From: Vitrella brassicaformis CCMP3155
Taxonomy: Eukaryota; Protista; Chromerida
DNA length: 64,000 nt
Assembly (NCBI GenBank): GCA_001179505.1
Contig: CDMY01000603.1
Coordinates: 248,001-312,000 of the forward strand
Direction of reading: 5' to 3'
Position 1 is the stretch's first letter. Each line of letters starts with the position of its first letter. A program made the position numbers and the translations under genes. This document shows positions 60,383 to 64,000 of this stretch, in pieces. The notes under the pieces are model-generated. The model saw only the letters and a list, made by a program, of their open reading frames with translations. It had not been told where the DNA came from and ran no database searches.

Positions 60383-63305
60383 CTGAGCCTGTAGGCGATG
60401 GAGTGGGGCAGGGCTGGGAGGGGAGGGTTTTCTTACCCTACTGGCTGGCGCAGTGGTGGCAGGATTGTGGGATGGATGGGATGGACGGGCTCACACAGGC
60501 ACACAGGCATGATTTTGCTCTCATGACGGTGATGGTTTTGCTCATCGTTTTGTTCATGTGCGTGTGCATTGGATGCATGGGATGGTTGATGCGAGCACCC
60601 CTCAACCGTGTAAGCGCGACAGACAGAGTGACAGCGCGACTGTCTGACTGACTCAGTGAGTGATGATGTCAAATTCAACCGGGCGTGTGTGTGTTGACGC
60701 GGGGCGAGAGCGAAATATATATCTTCCGAAGGAGGATACAGATATGATGACAACCTGACTATGCACTGACTGCTTTGTGGGTGCTCTGTGTGTGTGTGCT
60801 CATGCGTGTGTGGCTGCTACATTGATTGGTATTGCTCATCGATGCTGCGTGCTCGTTGTCTTGTCTTGTGTTGTGTTGCCTTGTGTTATGTTGTGTTGTC
60901 TTGTGTTGCGTTGCCACACTAAGCTAACCTGTTTGTTTGTGTTGACCGATTGATTGCTAACCTGTCCGTTGCCACCTGGTACCTGATGCATGGATGGATG
61001 GATGGACTGATTGAGCGAGTGAGTTTGCTCATGCCTGGCTGGCTAACCTGACCGACACACAGACAGACAGATACACGAGAATTTTTCTCTTGCCTTTGCC
61101 ATGATGGCCATGTCCGCTTCTTGCCTCCTTACTGCCTCTGTCTTGCCTTGACCGCTGAAATTTTGGTGACCTTTTGCCGCCATGTCCACCCATCCAATGC
61201 GCACAGTCATGTTTCCTTCGCTGTGAGTGCTGAGAAGTGGTTGGGGTGGAGGGTGTTCCTTTTTCTTCATGTGTGTATGTCTACATGTGTACGTGTGTAC
61301 GTGTGTGTGTCTGTGTATGTGTATATATACATGTGTATCTGTGTGTGTGGAGTGAGGGCGAGCGAGTGAATGAGTGACAAGTGGGGCAGCACACACAAGT
61401 GCCTCACTCGAGTGAGGGCGCAAGTGACCTACCTACCTACCTGCCTGCCTGCCTGTTCTCGTGAACAGCAGCACGGACAACAGCACGACACGCATGCCTA
61501 TTTTCTGCATGCGCTGCTGCTGCTGCTGCTGCTGGCTACGCACACCTCTCTGTGTGTGAATGGATGGATGCTTATCCGCATGTGTGTCTGAATGCACGAC
61601 ACACACGTTGATGGCGATATGGACCGGGCTACGAGATGAGTGTTTTTCATGTTTTGGACGCACCTGGGGAGGGGAAGGGAGAGAAGAGGGAGAGAGTGGG
61701 GGTGGGGTCGGGACGCTTGTTTTCACACAAGTTTTCATACCTAGTGAGTGATTCAACCCAGCACAAGCGAACTGTCTAGTGGGGAGGGCTGGGCTGGGCT
61801 GGGCTGGGCTGGGTGGCCGTCTCTGTCTGTCTGGCTGTCCGTCTTTTTCCAAGAGTATACACGCGCGTGCACACGACACACTGTCCTGCTGATGTGGTGC
61901 CTTCATACAAACAGACATACTGCTTGCTTACACCGGAGGGTTGCGCACCACCCTGTTCCCCTCTTGCCTCTCTCTCATCCATGTGACTGACAGACACATT
62001 GCACACGAGTTTCCTACGCCCTCGATCTGATCCATCAGCACCATCAGCAATCGAGACTATTTTTCTTTCTTCCCTTCAATGTCCACCTTACCTCGCCATG
62101 CTCGCCTTGTCTGCCTGCCTGCCTGCCTGTCCGTCTGTCTGCCTGTATGGCCGCCCCTCCCCACCTCGTTGTGAAGCTCCCGTGACTGTCGCGTGTCGAT
62201 GCCTCCCTGCCTCCCTCGTGTGTCTGCCTGCCTATACTTGTACTTTGTCGGTCTCCCTACCTCTGTGTCGCAGTTAACCTACATGGATGGATGGATGGAC
62301 GTCTGTCGGCTTTTTCTGTCGCTACCTGCCTACCTACGCTGCCTCTATCAATGATCGATTGCATGGGATGGATGTGTGTGATTGTGTAGACTATCTGACT
62401 CACTCGCTCAGACTGACCGGCCCACACTGTGCACACTGCCTCAACTAACTCAACACGCGTACAAACAACTTTCTCCTGTGCGTCCCGCCTGTCCGAATGT
62501 CTGGCTGCCTGGCTGGGTTTAAGCGCGTCTATCTGTCTGTCTGTCTGTCTGTCCGTCTGTATGTCGTCCGGAAGCCTGCCTGCCTCCCTCTCTGGCTGTC
62601 GTCCCATGCCGATCTAATCCCCACACGTCGCTGGTTCATCATTTTTCTTTCCCGCCCGCCCGCCCGCCCGCCTGCCTGCCTGCGTGTTGGTTTGATTTTC
62701 GTGACGTGGCGCATGGCCGGCATGGCCTACACGTCCGGGTGATGCTGACGCAGACATTCCCAAACACATTCACACATGGATGGACGGATGGACAGATGGA
62801 TGCATTGTTCCGATTGGGTGGCTCGCGTGTCGCTGTCTCTTTGGCGAGCGGATACGTGTTTCTCGGCCACCTGGATGGTCTGAACCCTCCGGTGATGCAG
62901 CCGGAGGATTCGGTCGGTCCCGATGGTCAGGTGGCGCATGTATGCCGTGAGCTGAAGACACGACAGAAGAGCCGATGCATGCTTGGTCTTGGGGGGAAAC
63001 GATTGGGAATGGGACGTAGAGAGGTACTGACAGAGAAGGCAGACGGGTTGAGCATAAAGGCTTCTTGGATGAGTGACACTGACCGGCAGATAGGATGGGA
63101 CTGATGTGACAGGGAAACTGATTGAATCATTCATTCATCAGCAAAGACACATCCATCCGTCAGGGTCGTGCTGCTGTTGTGTAGTGGGTGGTCTCGCGTG
63201 CAGAGGTCCACATCCACATACATCGGCCTTCTATACAGACACTCATTTCAACTCCCATCCATGTCCTCCGTCACGTCAGTCAGTCAAGTCACAGCTACAG
63301 CTACG

Positions 63306-64000
63306 CTACATCTGAGGTATTCTCCTCTTCCTGATGTAGTTGGACGCCAGCTCCTCCCCGGCTATATCGACCACCACCTTCTCAAGCCACCGGTGCTCAC
63401 GACGGTCACGCGCCTCCTGCAGACCAGACCAGACACACAGTCAGACAGAGACACGTACTTACATGTGAGAGGGAATGCCGAGGGAGGGGCTTCTGCCCAC
63501 CTTTCTGTGTTCAAAGACGGTCTCGTCCATCTTGCGCATGGCCTCCTTGATGCGCTCCTTCCTGCTCGCACACACAGGACAAACAAACATGTGGTGGCGT
63601 CCGTGTTCCACGTCACGTGGCACTCACTGTGCTTGTGAGCAGTTCATGCATACATCACGACTTACTTGAATTCCCGGATGTACCACTTCTTGGGCCCGAG
63701 TGGCTGTCTGTCGTGGTAGTTGAGCGTCCCCTCGTAGAACCGCTTGTCCCACATCCACGGCAAACCTTATATATCGTGACGCACACACACAAGCAAAGGA
63801 GCCGTGTCAACGAATACGCCTGTCTGCTCATCAGCCAGCCGTGCGTTCCTTCGCCCAGACAGCCCAGCCCGCCCACCGTTGATCTGGTACTGCTTCTTGA
63901 CGTCTGCCTGGTACCGACCGGACAGCCTGCGTGGGCAATGAATGCATCACAGCAGCGATCGATGAGTGACACCCTCGCTTCAAAACACTGTATCTGTCCC
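63306..64000 (-). CDS. 3' exons of a gene extending beyond the window; tentatively mitochondrial ribosomal protein mL59-like
   Basis: Spliced peptides GRYQADVKKQYQING, GLPWMWDK, KERIKEAMRKMDE, ending RIPQM-TAG. Family assignment rests on recalled, weak similarity only. Confidence 0.4.

Larger units (their letters stand above)
1..64000. repeat. Pervasive intronic and intergenic microsatellites: (GT/CA)n, (CTGT/ACAG)n, (GGAT/ATCC)n, (GCCT)n, (GGGA)n, (CATGC)n
   Basis: Present in nearly every intron; densest in the gene-poor intervals 11750-13120 and 60400-63300. Confidence 0.95.

Noticed and set aside
60400-63300. Long gene-poor interval as a possible ncRNA or transposon
   Set aside because: Dominated by simple repeats; no terminal repeats, transposase or RT motifs, and no tRNA or rRNA signatures visible.
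1-64000. Many six-frame ORFs rich in [18 protein letters not shown] or MDGWMDG
   Set aside because: These are translations of intronic microsatellites or antisense shadows of GC-rich exons, not real proteins.

Overview
Eukaryotic, GC-rich, gene-dense nuclear DNA with many short (~55-200 nt) GT-AG introns full of (GT)n/(CTGT)n/(GGAT)n/(GCCT)n microsatellites. This architecture and gene content resemble a chromerid alveolate such as Vitrella brassicaformis (inference, not verified). I reconstructed exons by hand from splice sites and reading phase. Recognisable genes: RPS18, a FAD-dependent aromatic monooxygenase, intronless PGS1, GDP-L-fucose synthase, a myristoylated EF-hand protein, a CFAP96/C4orf47-like protein, SIN3, a CAMK-like kinase, a secreted kringle protein, DapA, a CoA-binding protein, ATG3, a histidine phosphatase and a possible mL59 3' end. 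There is also a degenerate tandem cluster of kinase-family gene fragments and two 300-N gaps. The standout is an 11-exon minus-strand gene (18701-24309, ~1290 aa). It joins in one frame three tandem 6-pyruvoyl-tetrahydropterin-synthase-like T-fold domains, a degenerate HAD-like domain, a class I SAM methyltransferase and a zinc-ligand-less MDR dehydrogenase. These families, as I recall them, are separate neighbouring genes in a poorly characterised prokaryotic pterin/GTP-derived-metabolite cluster. A candidate promoter motif (AGCTCGCA) recurs in five head-to-head intergenic regions. No rRNA, tRNA, CRISPR array or intact transposon was seen.
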